From an uncultured Gammaproteobacteria bacterium (GTDB lineage: Bacteria; Patescibacteriota; Microgenomatia; Levybacterales; UBA12049), in NCBI GenBank assembly GCA_964637955.1, contig CAZWXQ010000003.1, positions 159,154 to 223,153 of the forward strand: DNA of 64,000 nt. The letters are read 5' to 3'. Shown here piece by piece: positions 47,576 through 57,055 of the stretch (position 1 is its first letter; each line of letters starts with the position of its first letter). Below the pieces are notes generated by a model. That model worked only from the letters and a program-made list of their open reading frames with translations, ran no database searches and was not told the origin of the DNA. Both the position numbers and the translations under genes were made by a program.

Positions 47576-48250
47576 ATGAAAAAGCAGAAAGTAATCATTT
47601 GTGGCAAAGGAGAGTTAGCGATAAAAGTTTCAGAGTGGTTCCTTTTAAGTTCAGACTATGAATTAATATGCATAATTCCAGTTATTCCTGAACCAAATTG
47701 GACTGAATCATTTGTTGAATGGGGCGTAAAAAATAAAATTAAAATAGTTGAGTCTGGGAAAATAGAAGATATTGTAGGAGTTTCAGATCATGATTGGAAA
47801 ATAGATTTAGTTGTTTCAGTATTTTTTGACAAAATTATAAAAAAAAATTTTATTGACAAGTGCAATAAGATAATTAATATTCATAATGGTCCACTGCCTC
47901 GATATAGGGGTGTTTCTCCAATAAATTGGGCGTTGAAAAATAATGAAGTAAAACATGGAGTTACAATACATGAAATAACGGAAGGAATAGATGATGGTCC
48001 TATTATTGCTCAAGTCGATTATTCAATTTATCCAGAAATAGATGAAGTTGAAGATGTTTATAAGCGTTCTTTAAAATATGCGTATTTACTGTTCACGGAA
48101 ACAATAGTTTTAATTAATAGAATTAATCCTTACAAGCAGGATGCAGCTAGATCTCTTTACTATTCTAAGAGTAAAAACAGATTGTTGGGTTCAAGAAAAG
48201 GTTTTACAAGGAAAAGCGTAGTTTTAAAAGATCATAAAAAGCTAAAATAG
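47576..48250 (+). CDS. Formyltransferase-domain protein (sugar N-formyltransferase-like; ArnA-N/FdtF/WlaRD class)
   Basis: INIHNGPLPRYRGVSPINWALKN is an HxSLLPxxRG-type motif carrying the catalytic N/H, and ITEGIDDGPII supplies the Asp. 224 aa with no tRNA-binding C-domain. Confidence 0.7.
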   Translation: MKKQKVIICGKGELAIKVSEWFLLSSDYELICIIPVIPEPNWTESFVEWGVKNKIKIVESGKIEDIVGVSDHDWKIDLVVSVFFDKIIKKNFIDKCNKIINIHNGPLPRYRGVSPINWALKNNEVKHGVTIHEITEGIDDGPIIAQVDYSIYPEIDEVEDVYKRSLKYAYLLFTETIVLINRINPYKQDAARSLYYSKSKNRLLGSRKGFTRKSVVLKDHKKLK

Positions 48251-48902
48251 CTAACTTAAGATTTCCAGCGTATCCCGATTTTCCTGCTGGTTTTTTGTAT
48301 GAAACAGGAACAAATTCTAGCCTGTATCCTGATTTTAATGCTCTAATTAGAAGTTCTGCTTCTATAAAAACGCTGTTGGATTTAAGATTATATTTAAAAA
48401 TAATTTCTCTTCTTAATATTTTTATGCTTCCTGCATCAACGAGGTCCACATTAAAAAGTAATTTAGGTAATGAATTATACATAATCGATACAAATCTACG
48501 ATAAAAATTATATCCTAATTTTTTAGTTCTTTTGCCAATTACAATGTCTGAATTACTGCTTTTTATTTTTAATATCATCTTCTCGAGATCTCTTGTTTTC
48601 CAATCACCGTCAACGCTATAAAATATCACATATTCGAGCATAGTTTTTCTGTAGAGTGAATAAATGTTTTTAGCTATCCCGAGATTTTTTGAATTAAAAA
48701 TCAATTTAAAATGCTTTTTACCCCCAAAATTACTTGAAAGAATTTTTCTGGAGTTATCCGAGCTTTTATCATCGCCAACAATAATTTCATATTTTTTTGC
48801 GTTCCGCTTAAGAATCATTTCGCATGAATTTAGTTCTTCTAAAAGAGTTGATTCGTTATTAAATACAGGAACAATAAGGGAGATAGATTTTAGTTTAATC
48901 AT
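48204..48902 (-). CDS. GT2 glycosyltransferase
   Basis: LIVPVFNNESTLLEEL..IIVGDDKSSDNS. The 3' end overlaps the converging formyltransferase by 47 nt. Confidence 0.7.
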   Translation of the reverse strand: MIKLKSISLIVPVFNNESTLLEELNSCEMILKRNAKKYEIIVGDDKSSDNSRKILSSNFGGKKHFKLIFNSKNLGIAKNIYSLYRKTMLEYVIFYSVDGDWKTRDLEKMILKIKSSNSDIVIGKRTKKLGYNFYRRFVSIMYNSLPKLLFNVDLVDAGSIKILRREIIFKYNLKSNSVFIEAELLIRALKSGYRLEFVPVSYKKPAGKSGYAGNLKLAILAFYDLLKLRFSL

Positions 48903-49927
48903 AGAGATTTAAGATGAACAATAGATTTTGTTTTAAGAGCTTTCTCAATAGCTTCAAGAAGTATAACAACTTTTAACCCTTCTACTCCACCGGTGATAGG
49001 ATTTTTATCTTCTCGAATGCAGTCAATAAAGTGGTTTAGTTCTGAAAACAATGTTTCAGTTTGTTCTAATCTGGGAATTACTATATCTCCGCTTCTATAA
49101 GCAGGAGCGAAAGGAGTTATTTCAGATGGGGGAATTGAAACTCCTTTATCATATATTCTTATTTTTTCTGATGGCTCTATGTCATTATATGAAATCATTT
49201 TTTTACTTCCACCGATTAGAATATTTCTTACTTTTACAGGTGAGAGCCAGCTTAGGTGTATGTGCGCCGTAATGCCTTTTTCATAAGTAATAAAAATATG
49301 TGCTATTTCTTCGTTTTTTTTATTAACAAAAGATTTGCCAAAAGCAGTTACTGTAAGTGGTTTCATCGGTAATATATATGACAGGATTGATAGGTCATGT
49401 GGAGCTAAGTCCCATATAACATTAGAATCAGCTTGTATAAGTCCAAGGTTAATTCGGGTACTATCATAATAATATATTTCTCCTAGTTCTTTTTTGCTAA
49501 TAATTTCTTTTATTTTTTGAACGGCTTGAGAATAGACAAAAGTGTGCCCTGAAAATATTTTTACACCCTTTTTATTTGCTATTTTTATAAGTTCTTTTGC
49601 TTCTTTGCTTGTTCTTGTAATCGGTTTCTCAATTAAAACATGCTTGCTCGCTAAGAGAGCTTCTCTCGCTATTTTAAAATGTGTAGAAATTGGAGTTGAG
49701 ATTACGACTAGATCCAAATCTTTATCACTAAGAATGTCGCTGTAATTTGTTGTCAGCTTAAGTAATGGATGATCAGTATGTATTTTATTGAGATTTTCAT
49801 TTGAAATATCGCACACATAAATAATTTTGACCTTATCAATTTTTAAAAAATTTCTAAGAAGATTTGGACCCCAATAACCAACTCCAATAATTCCAACTCC
49901 AACTACTTTATTTTTTCTTTTAGTCAT
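48899..49927 (-). CDS. Gfo/Idh/MocA-family NAD-dependent oxidoreductase (WbpB-like sugar 3-dehydrogenase candidate)
   Basis: VVGVGIIGVGYWGPNLLRNF is the Rossmann N-terminus of the family. 342 aa. It is divergent from the DegT aminotransferase. Confidence 0.75.
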   Translation of the reverse strand: MTKRKNKVVGVGIIGVGYWGPNLLRNFLKIDKVKIIYVCDISNENLNKIHTDHPLLKLTTNYSDILSDKDLDLVVISTPISTHFKIAREALLASKHVLIEKPITRTSKEAKELIKIANKKGVKIFSGHTFVYSQAVQKIKEIISKKELGEIYYYDSTRINLGLIQADSNVIWDLAPHDLSILSYILPMKPLTVTAFGKSFVNKKNEEIAHIFITYEKGITAHIHLSWLSPVKVRNILIGGSKKMISYNDIEPSEKIRIYDKGVSIPPSEITPFAPAYRSGDIVIPRLEQTETLFSELNHFIDCIREDKNPITGGVEGLKVVILLEAIEKALKTKSIVHLKSL

Positions 49928-50188
49928 TATTATTTAAAAAACGATAATACAATAAATTATATTAACTGTAAATAAAAGCTAAAAAGAATTTAAGAAAATA
50001 ATATTTACATATAGCTTTTGGGCTTATCTTAAATTTACAAGTGATTTTATAATAAAAATGAAGGTACATCCTCATTAATAATTACCGTTCCATAAGAATT
50101 AATTATGTTGTTATAATATATTCGAAAAATAAAAGATGATAATTAATTTGTTTAATAAGATGTTAAGTTTATTTGCAAAGGAATTTAG

Positions 50189-51295
50189 ATGAAAGTTAAT
50201 TTTGTTGATCTAAAAAGACAGAATAAGAATTTATTTATGGAGATTGGTTCACTTATTGATCAAGTGATTCTTGAAGCAGATTTTAATATGGGTTCTAGAT
50301 TAGAGAGATTTGAAAACAATTTTGCTAAGTATGTTGGGAAGAAATATGCAGTAGGGTTGAACTCAGGAACAGATGCACTGTTCCTTTCCCTGATGGCATA
50401 TGGAATTGGTAAAGATGATGAGGTAATTCTTCCAACAAATAGTTATTTTTCTACGGCGATGGTTGTTTCAAATTTGGGAGCAAAACCGGTATTCGTAGAT
50501 GTGGATCCTATATACCTGCATATAGATCCTTTTCATATAGAAAAAGCTATTACTAAAAAAAGTCGCGCTATAATACCTGTTCACTTGTACGGTCAGTCAG
50601 TTGATATGGATCCTATCATTAAAATTGCAAAAAAAAATAAACTTTTTGTGATCGAAGATGCATGTCAAGCTCATGGAGCAATGTATAAAGGTGAAAAAGT
50701 TCCAGTCACTGAGACTGGGGCTTTTAGTTTTTATCCAGGTAAAAATCTTGGTGCATTTGGAGATGGAGGAGCGGTAGCTACTGATAATAAAAAAATTGCT
50801 ATGAAAATTCTTCATCTTAGAAATGATGGTGCCTACAAAAAATATGTACATGAAATGTTCGGAGTTAAGAGTCGACTTGATACTATTCAGGCTGCTGTGC
50901 TTGATTTAAAATTAAAGCATCTTACAAAATGGAATAGTCTTAGGGTTAAACACGCAGCTTTATATTCAGAATTGTTAAATGAAATTACTGAGATAAATAC
51001 TCCTAGTTTAAGAAAAGATGCTTATCATGTGTTTCATATTTATGCTATTCAAGCAGAAAAAAGAGAAGAACTTCAGTTCTTCTTAAAAAAACATGGAATT
51101 GACACTGTGATTCATTACCCAATTCCTATTCATTTTCAGAAACCATATAAAAAATTGGGTTTTAAAAAAGGAGATTTTCCAGTTTCTGAAAATAATTCTA
51201 TGAGAACACTTTCTCTGCCTATGTTTCCAGAAATTACAGATAAAGAAATCTCATATGTAGCGGACACTATAAAAAGCTTTTATCGCAAAAGATAA
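50189..51295 (+). CDS. DegT/DnrJ/EryC1/StrS PLP-dependent sugar aminotransferase (WbpE-like candidate)
   Basis: FENNFAKYVGKKYAVGLNSGTDALFLSL plus the family fold throughout. 368 aa. Confidence 0.85.
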   Translation: MKVNFVDLKRQNKNLFMEIGSLIDQVILEADFNMGSRLERFENNFAKYVGKKYAVGLNSGTDALFLSLMAYGIGKDDEVILPTNSYFSTAMVVSNLGAKPVFVDVDPIYLHIDPFHIEKAITKKSRAIIPVHLYGQSVDMDPIIKIAKKNKLFVIEDACQAHGAMYKGEKVPVTETGAFSFYPGKNLGAFGDGGAVATDNKKIAMKILHLRNDGAYKKYVHEMFGVKSRLDTIQAAVLDLKLKHLTKWNSLRVKHAALYSELLNEITEINTPSLRKDAYHVFHIYAIQAEKREELQFFLKKHGIDTVIHYPIPIHFQKPYKKLGFKKGDFPVSENNSMRTLSLPMFPEITDKEISYVADTIKSFYRKR

Positions 51296-51334
51296 TAAGT
51301 AGACAATAAATATTGAAGCTTTTTAAAAAATACG

Positions 51335-53086
51335 TTAATCGACTTTTTTTCTAGAATATAAAAAAACAGTAATTAATATACTTATTGAAAAAGTTATTAT
51401 GCTTAATACTTTTGCAAGTTTAAGAATAAATAAATCTTCATAGACTATTTCAATTTTCCAAATACCTCGCGGAAGCGAAAAATTTATAAGTCCAGGATGT
51501 TGTTTATCTGAATAATAAATTTCGGTTTCTTTACCGTTTACGAATAATTTCCATCCAGGAAAGTACCAAGTGTTTTCCGTAATTGAAGTATCGGAGTTAC
51601 TTTTTACTATGTATTCATGATACTGAGGCGTGATGGTAAGCGTTTTAGTAATTCCTTGACCATAAATAATATCTAAAGGACGTAATGGAGAGATATGTTC
51701 CCATTTGACACCATTTATCACCCATCTAGGGATTAAGTATGCATAGCCTTCCCCCTCATATGTGCTTTTAGGTAAATTGTTATACAGATTATTGTCACTA
51801 ATTGAAGGAATCGTTCTTCTATTTCCCCAATTTAAAATAGTTAGAAAAATCGTAATTAAAATTAAAAAGTAAATGAAAAATCGCTTATTTGTATATTGAA
51901 TTGAAAGATATCCCGCTAGTACTGAGATTAGAAAAGTGATCATGAATAGCATGCGGGATGAAAACAATAAATTCTCCAAAAGAGGTACTGTCTCCCATAA
52001 TATTCTCGAATACTCCGTAAGCATGAAAATGAAAAAAATACTTGTGATGAATAAAAATAAAATTTGCATATAATATTTTTTCTTAATTTTTTTTGTCAAA
52101 AGTAAATAGAAAGTAATTGCAAGTACAAAAATTTGAACATAACCAATTAAGTGACTCAATTCGCCATTAGGACCTTGGAATAATAGGCCAAACCGCCATG
52201 GCGAATAAAGAATTTCATTTAATTGCAATAGACTCACTTTAAATGTGGAGTTAAGATTCATGAGGGTATATTTTGTGTAAGTGAAGTAGGGAAGTAGCGC
52301 ATACCCAGATATTAAAAATGCAATTAAAAGTGAATAAATGATTTTGTAATGACTGAGAGACTTTCTTAGACCATTTTTTAAAAAATATGAAAGAATAAAA
52401 ATGGAAAAGAAAAGCAGGCTTATGAGGGCAATTCCCTGATGGCATAGGATAAAAATTCCAAAAGTTAATCCCAAAAAAATATAATTAATATTTTCTTTTT
52501 CAGTTAAAGATTTGTAAAAAAATAGACATACAAGTGGAAATAGCATAAAAGAAGCAAGTTGGCCAACATCTACCCTGAAATGCATATCTACCAAATGGTA
52601 AGGGGAATAGAGATAAAAAATTGATGAGGTGAATGCAGCGAGTTCATTTTTGAACAGTTTTTTTGAAAACAAATACATAAAAATTCCAGAAAAAATAAAT
52701 GTAATTATTATATAAAGCTTCATGCTTGCTATGAATGTGAATCCAGTTAAGTGCAAGAGCGAGATAGCATAGTAAGGTATAGGATTAATAATTAAAAAAA
52801 TAGGATATCCAAATCCAGCATTTAATCCGTCGCCCCAAGATGGGAAAAAATTAAAATGTCTTAGGCTTTCATAGAACGAAATTGATCTATAAATATGTAG
52901 ATTAAAATCTCCACTTTCATAGACACCTCTTCTTAAAACGCTAATTAATGGGAGTAGTGAAAAAAGAAAAACTAAAAAAATTGTTTTTATTTTTTTATGC
53001 AGGATATATTTGATAAAACCTAAGAATAATAATAAGGAAAATAAGGCAATTATATTTACAAATACCATTCTGTATTGCTCAAGCAT
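51335..53086 (-). CDS. Large polytopic membrane protein with an extracytoplasmic C-terminal domain (YfhO/GT-C-like or polymerase-like)
   Basis: About 14 TM helices, then a roughly 150-aa soluble domain and a final TM. I used the ATG start at 53086; an upstream TTG at 53107 is the alternative. Confidence 0.3.
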   Translation of the reverse strand: MLEQYRMVFVNIIALFSLLLFLGFIKYILHKKIKTIFLVFLFSLLPLISVLRRGVYESGDFNLHIYRSISFYESLRHFNFFPSWGDGLNAGFGYPIFLIINPIPYYAISLLHLTGFTFIASMKLYIIITFIFSGIFMYLFSKKLFKNELAAFTSSIFYLYSPYHLVDMHFRVDVGQLASFMLFPLVCLFFYKSLTEKENINYIFLGLTFGIFILCHQGIALISLLFFSIFILSYFLKNGLRKSLSHYKIIYSLLIAFLISGYALLPYFTYTKYTLMNLNSTFKVSLLQLNEILYSPWRFGLLFQGPNGELSHLIGYVQIFVLAITFYLLLTKKIKKKYYMQILFLFITSIFFIFMLTEYSRILWETVPLLENLLFSSRMLFMITFLISVLAGYLSIQYTNKRFFIYFLILITIFLTILNWGNRRTIPSISDNNLYNNLPKSTYEGEGYAYLIPRWVINGVKWEHISPLRPLDIIYGQGITKTLTITPQYHEYIVKSNSDTSITENTWYFPGWKLFVNGKETEIYYSDKQHPGLINFSLPRGIWKIEIVYEDLFILKLAKVLSIITFSISILITVFLYSRKKVD

Positions 53087-53114
53087 CTTGATATAATATA
53101 ATTGCAAATTATAA

Positions 53115-53432
53115 ATGACAATACTTCAAAGATTTAAAGCAGGGGAGGATATAAGAAATAAGTTATCCAAGAGATCTAAAAATAATAGCTTAGCTTATCA
53201 TTTTATAATTGTTTTGATCAGCATATTAATTTCGACCTTTATTTATTATTTGATTGTTAAATCTTTGAACTTAAATTTCGAAAATCCAAAAACTACTACG
53301 ATAAGCTGGTTTACTCTCAATAATTATCCTAGGCAGCAAGACTATTTTTATTTTATGACTTCTTTTGTTTTTATAACATCGCTTAGTTGTATTTTATGGT
53401 TTTTATGCATATGGTTAAAAAAATCCAAGTAA
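53115..53432 (+). CDS. Small hypothetical membrane protein
   Basis: 105 aa with two hydrophobic helices. It overlaps the start region of the next gene. Confidence 0.25.
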   Translation: MTILQRFKAGEDIRNKLSKRSKNNSLAYHFIIVLISILISTFIYYLIVKSLNLNFENPKTTTISWFTLNNYPRQQDYFYFMTSFVFITSLSCILWFLCIWLKKSK

Positions 53433-55021
53433 AATACATTTTAGCTTTTTTATTTATATTTTTGTTTCTTCTTCTAATAGGGTCTGGAAATGTGATTAGC
53501 CCATTCTATGGAGACATTAATTTAATCGATGAAGGACAGTTTTTAGCTTGGATAAACCATATGCGATCTGGTGATTTTCTTTATAAAAATACCTATGCAG
53601 CTTATGGGCCCCTACTCATATATCCTTTTTATTTGTTAAGTAAAATATTTGAACCCTCGTTTTTCTTATATAGAATGACTTTTGGTGTATTTGGTATGTT
53701 AATCTCTCTGGGGATTGTCATTTTGATTTTTAATAAGTTAAAAATATCTTTTCTTTTTCAGCTTTTTGCCATTTCTTTGTTAATTTTTATTCCTGGTTTT
53801 GGATTAAGGCAGGCTGGAGGCCTACTTGCAATTTTCATGGTTTATGTTGCATATACCTCGTCTCGATACATCTGGAGTTTTATGACCGGGTTATCAATAG
53901 GTGCTAGTTTTTTAATAAGTTCAGATATGGGAATATTTTCTTTTTTTGTAATATTTGTATTGATGGCAATCTTTTTTATAAATGCTAAAAATTTTTCAAT
54001 TTATTTCAAAAAACTTGCCTATATAATTATTGGGCTAATTGCTTTGTTTTTACCTTTTACTTTAATAACCGGCAGCGAGGGATGGCTTTTTTCATACATA
54101 TCTTCAATTGCAGATGACCTAGTTTCCTACTCAGGAATAGGCATACCAATAGGTAGAAAATTTCCAAATATTTTTGAACTTTTCCCAACAAGTATATCTA
54201 TTTTAAGCTTAATTAAATTTACATTTTCTAAAGAAATCTTAAATTATTGGCTAATATTTTTTTATATCATTAGTTTCATTTATTTTTTTATTAAGTTTAT
54301 GATTAAAAAAGTAGATGATAAGGATTTATTGGCATTCTCAATAACTCTTTTCGGATTTTTACTTTCTACGATTTTAATTGGGAGAATTGGGCACTTTGTT
54401 TTTGTAGTTCAAATAGTTTTTATTCTATTTGCTTATTACTTAAATCTACTATTTGAGTATTATAAAAAAACTAAATTAAATTCTGATAAAATCTTTATCG
54501 CTTTCGCAGTTTTAGTAATTTGCGCATTTTCGCTTAGAGAAGTTTCTATTTACAGGCCTCATTTTAATAAAATTCCCGATGCGATTGCAGCAGCTCGAAT
54601 TCATGATAGTAATCCTCCTGGGGTAGGAAATATTTTAATTTCAAAAGAACAGGAAAAAAATATAAAAATTATTCAAAATTTTATTAGGGAAAACACAAGT
54701 ACGCAAGAAAAAATATATTTCTTAAGCAATAATCCGGGTTTATATTTTTTAGTAAATAGAGTTAGCCCTTCCAGATTTGACTTACCGGGGACAGCAAACA
54801 CAAGAGATAGAAGAGTTGAGCTTGTTAAAGATTTGGAAAATGACAAAACAAAATATATTATTGAAGACACAAATGCATATTTAGTTGATGGAATCTCAAA
54901 TAGAACAAGACTTCCTGAAGTAATGGATTACATAAGATTAAATTACGATGTCTCAAGACTTGGACCTTACATTATTTACACTCGCAAATATTCAAATATT
55001 TCTCTTATTTTAAATTATTAG
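53396..55021 (+). CDS. Polytopic membrane protein with a C-terminal soluble domain; function unknown (glycan-assembly candidate)
   Basis: About 12 TM helices followed by a roughly 170-aa hydrophilic domain. The track start at 53387 is a TTG; the first ATG is at 53396 and the exact start is uncertain. Confidence 0.3.
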   Translation: MVFMHMVKKIQVKYILAFLFIFLFLLLIGSGNVISPFYGDINLIDEGQFLAWINHMRSGDFLYKNTYAAYGPLLIYPFYLLSKIFEPSFFLYRMTFGVFGMLISLGIVILIFNKLKISFLFQLFAISLLIFIPGFGLRQAGGLLAIFMVYVAYTSSRYIWSFMTGLSIGASFLISSDMGIFSFFVIFVLMAIFFINAKNFSIYFKKLAYIIIGLIALFLPFTLITGSEGWLFSYISSIADDLVSYSGIGIPIGRKFPNIFELFPTSISILSLIKFTFSKEILNYWLIFFYIISFIYFFIKFMIKKVDDKDLLAFSITLFGFLLSTILIGRIGHFVFVVQIVFILFAYYLNLLFEYYKKTKLNSDKIFIAFAVLVICAFSLREVSIYRPHFNKIPDAIAAARIHDSNPPGVGNILISKEQEKNIKIIQNFIRENTSTQEKIYFLSNNPGLYFLVNRVSPSRFDLPGTANTRDRRVELVKDLENDKTKYIIEDTNAYLVDGISNRTRLPEVMDYIRLNYDVSRLGPYIIYTRKYSNISLILNY

Positions 55022-55022
55022 A

Positions 55023-55060
55023 AATAGATATTATCGCTTCAGCTTATCTATTTTTATTTG
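55023..55060 (+). terminator. Weak AT-rich hairpin (AATAGATA/TATCTATT) followed by TTTTTATTTG
   Basis: 8-bp stem at 55023-55030 and 55045-55052 with a 14-nt loop. The stem is low in GC. Confidence 0.25.
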
Positions 55061-55131
55061 TTGGTTGCAGGTGGCGTATTAATTGTGATATATCTTTTAA
55101 ACCGTGTATTTAGTTCGTCTTTTCAATAAAA

Positions 55132-56391
55132 ATGATTAATCAAAAGAAAACCTCAATTGCAATTATTGGTATCGGAAGAGTGGGCTTGCCTCTTGCATTA
55201 GTTCTTGCTGAAAAAGGATTTAACGTTTTTGGAATAGGAAGAAAACAAGAAAAAATGGATGAAATAAATAAAGGCAAAATGCCTTTTATGGAAAAGGGCG
55301 CAAGTAAAATTCTAAAAAAAGTAAAAGGAAAAAATTTTCTTGCTACAACCGATTTTTCGTTTGTTTCAAAATGTGATTTTATAATCATAACTTTGGGTAC
55401 CCCAATTGATGAAAATATGAACCCTGTTTTTACACAGATTGAAGACGCCATTAGGTCAATGAAGGAATACCTAAAGCCTAATCAAACACTAATTTTAAGA
55501 AGTACTGTAACTCCTGGTACGACCCAGTACGTAAGCTCTTTAATTAAGGAAAATAGTACTCTTAAAGTTGGTGAAAATTTTTATTTAGCTTTTTGTCCGG
55601 AGAGAGTGGTGGAGGGAAAGGCAATCGAAGAAAATCAGAAAATTCCTCAGATAGTTGGTGGAGTAAATAAAGTCAGCAGTGAAAATGCCGCAGCCCTTTT
55701 TAAGTCCATCGGGGTAAAAACGATTATAAGTGATGCTGTTTCATCGGAACTGGCAAAGCTTTTTTCGAATATGTATAGATATATTAACTTTGCTATAGCA
55801 AATGAATTTATGGTGATTGCTGATAAATTTGATAAGGATATTTATGAGATAAAAAATCTTGTAAATTTTGGATATAGTCGTGGGGGATTAGCTTCTCCTG
55901 GCCTGACTGGCGGTCCATGTCTTTTTAAAGATGGCTTTTTTCTTATTTCTGATCTTCCATATTCTGATTTGATTTCGATAAGTTGGAAAATTAACGAATC
56001 TATTCCAACGCTCCTTATTAAGCAACTTTCAGAAAAACTTAAGTTAGAGAATAAAAAAGTCGCGCTTTTAGGGCTAGGGTTTAAGGCTGATATTGACGAT
56101 ACTCGTGAGTCATTAAGCTTTAAGGTAAGAAAAGGATTTTTCAGAGAAAGATCAAAAGTAGTACTTCATGATCCATTTGTTTCTGATTACCCATATCAAG
56201 AGATTGAAAAGGATGTTTATAAAGCTTTAAAAGGAGCAGAAGTAATATTTATAGCTGTTGATCACACTGAGTATAAAAATTTGGACATTAAAAAAGTAAA
56301 AAGAATTGCTAGTAAAAATTGTATCGTATGCGATGTTTGGAATGTTCTTAAGACAGGAAAGATTATCTTTAAATTAAATGAGATAAGTTAA
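55132..56391 (+). CDS. UDP-glucose/GDP-mannose dehydrogenase family nucleotide-sugar 6-dehydrogenase (WbpA/WecC/TviB-like)
   Basis: IAIIGIGRVGLPLALVLAEKGFNV is the Rossmann N-terminus and GGPCLFKD carries the catalytic Cys. 419 aa. Confidence 0.85.
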   Translation: MINQKKTSIAIIGIGRVGLPLALVLAEKGFNVFGIGRKQEKMDEINKGKMPFMEKGASKILKKVKGKNFLATTDFSFVSKCDFIIITLGTPIDENMNPVFTQIEDAIRSMKEYLKPNQTLILRSTVTPGTTQYVSSLIKENSTLKVGENFYLAFCPERVVEGKAIEENQKIPQIVGGVNKVSSENAAALFKSIGVKTIISDAVSSELAKLFSNMYRYINFAIANEFMVIADKFDKDIYEIKNLVNFGYSRGGLASPGLTGGPCLFKDGFFLISDLPYSDLISISWKINESIPTLLIKQLSEKLKLENKKVALLGLGFKADIDDTRESLSFKVRKGFFRERSKVVLHDPFVSDYPYQEIEKDVYKALKGAEVIFIAVDHTEYKNLDIKKVKRIASKNCIVCDVWNVLKTGKIIFKLNEIS

Positions 56392-56528
56392 ATATTCTCA
56401 TTAGTTTCAAAGATTTGTTTGTGTTTTCTTTTTACATTTCGAAGTTCATTATTTATTTAAATGCCTCAATTTATAAGATAAGTTTTCTAGTTTGCAAACC
56501 AATTAAAACAGATTATAATAAGCAATCA

Positions 56529-57041
56529 ATGGATCCCATTATTTCAAAAAATATTAGAATTCGAAACGAAGAATTTTTTAATGTTGGGAGTTACTCGATA
56601 GTTGATGATTTTTGTTATTTCTCTACGAAAATTGAAATTGGTAAATATTGTCATGTTGCCTCAGGGGTTTCTATTGCAGGGGGAAAAGATTTCAAATTTG
56701 TATTAGGAGATTATAGTGGTGTTGCTGCAGGTACAAAAATTTATTGTGCTAGTAGTAATTTTGTTAATGATTTAATAACGATAATTGCAAGAGATATTGA
56801 CATTGGACTAAGTAGCATTACAGGAGACGTTATTATGGAGCCAATGACTGGGATTGGATCAAATTCGGTAATCATGCCAAATAACTTAATTCCTGAAGGG
56901 GTGGCTATAGGGGCTCTCAGTTTTGTTCCTTCAAATTTTAAATTTGAACCATGGAGTGTCTATGCTGGTAATCCAATAAAATTTATCAAAAAAAGAAATA
57001 AAGAAAATATTTTAAAACAAGTAAAACTGCTTGAAAAATAA
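56529..57041 (+). CDS. Left-handed beta-helix (hexapeptide-repeat) acetyltransferase (WbpD/PglD-like sugar N-acetyltransferase candidate)
   Basis: Hexapeptide repeats run through IGKYCHVASGVSIAGGKDFKFVLGDYSGVAAGTKIY..IGSNSVIMPNNLIPEGVAIGALSFV. I used the ATG at 56529; the track start at 56415 is a TTG. Confidence 0.65.
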   Translation: MDPIISKNIRIRNEEFFNVGSYSIVDDFCYFSTKIEIGKYCHVASGVSIAGGKDFKFVLGDYSGVAAGTKIYCASSNFVNDLITIIARDIDIGLSSITGDVIMEPMTGIGSNSVIMPNNLIPEGVAIGALSFVPSNFKFEPWSVYAGNPIKFIKKRNKENILKQVKLLEK

Positions 57042-57055
57042 AACTCTATAATAAA

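Noticed and set aside
51296-51334. A GAAGCTTTTT motif shared with the 26171 hairpin, as a possible terminator between converging genes
   Set aside because: No complementary arm follows it here, so it is not a hairpin.
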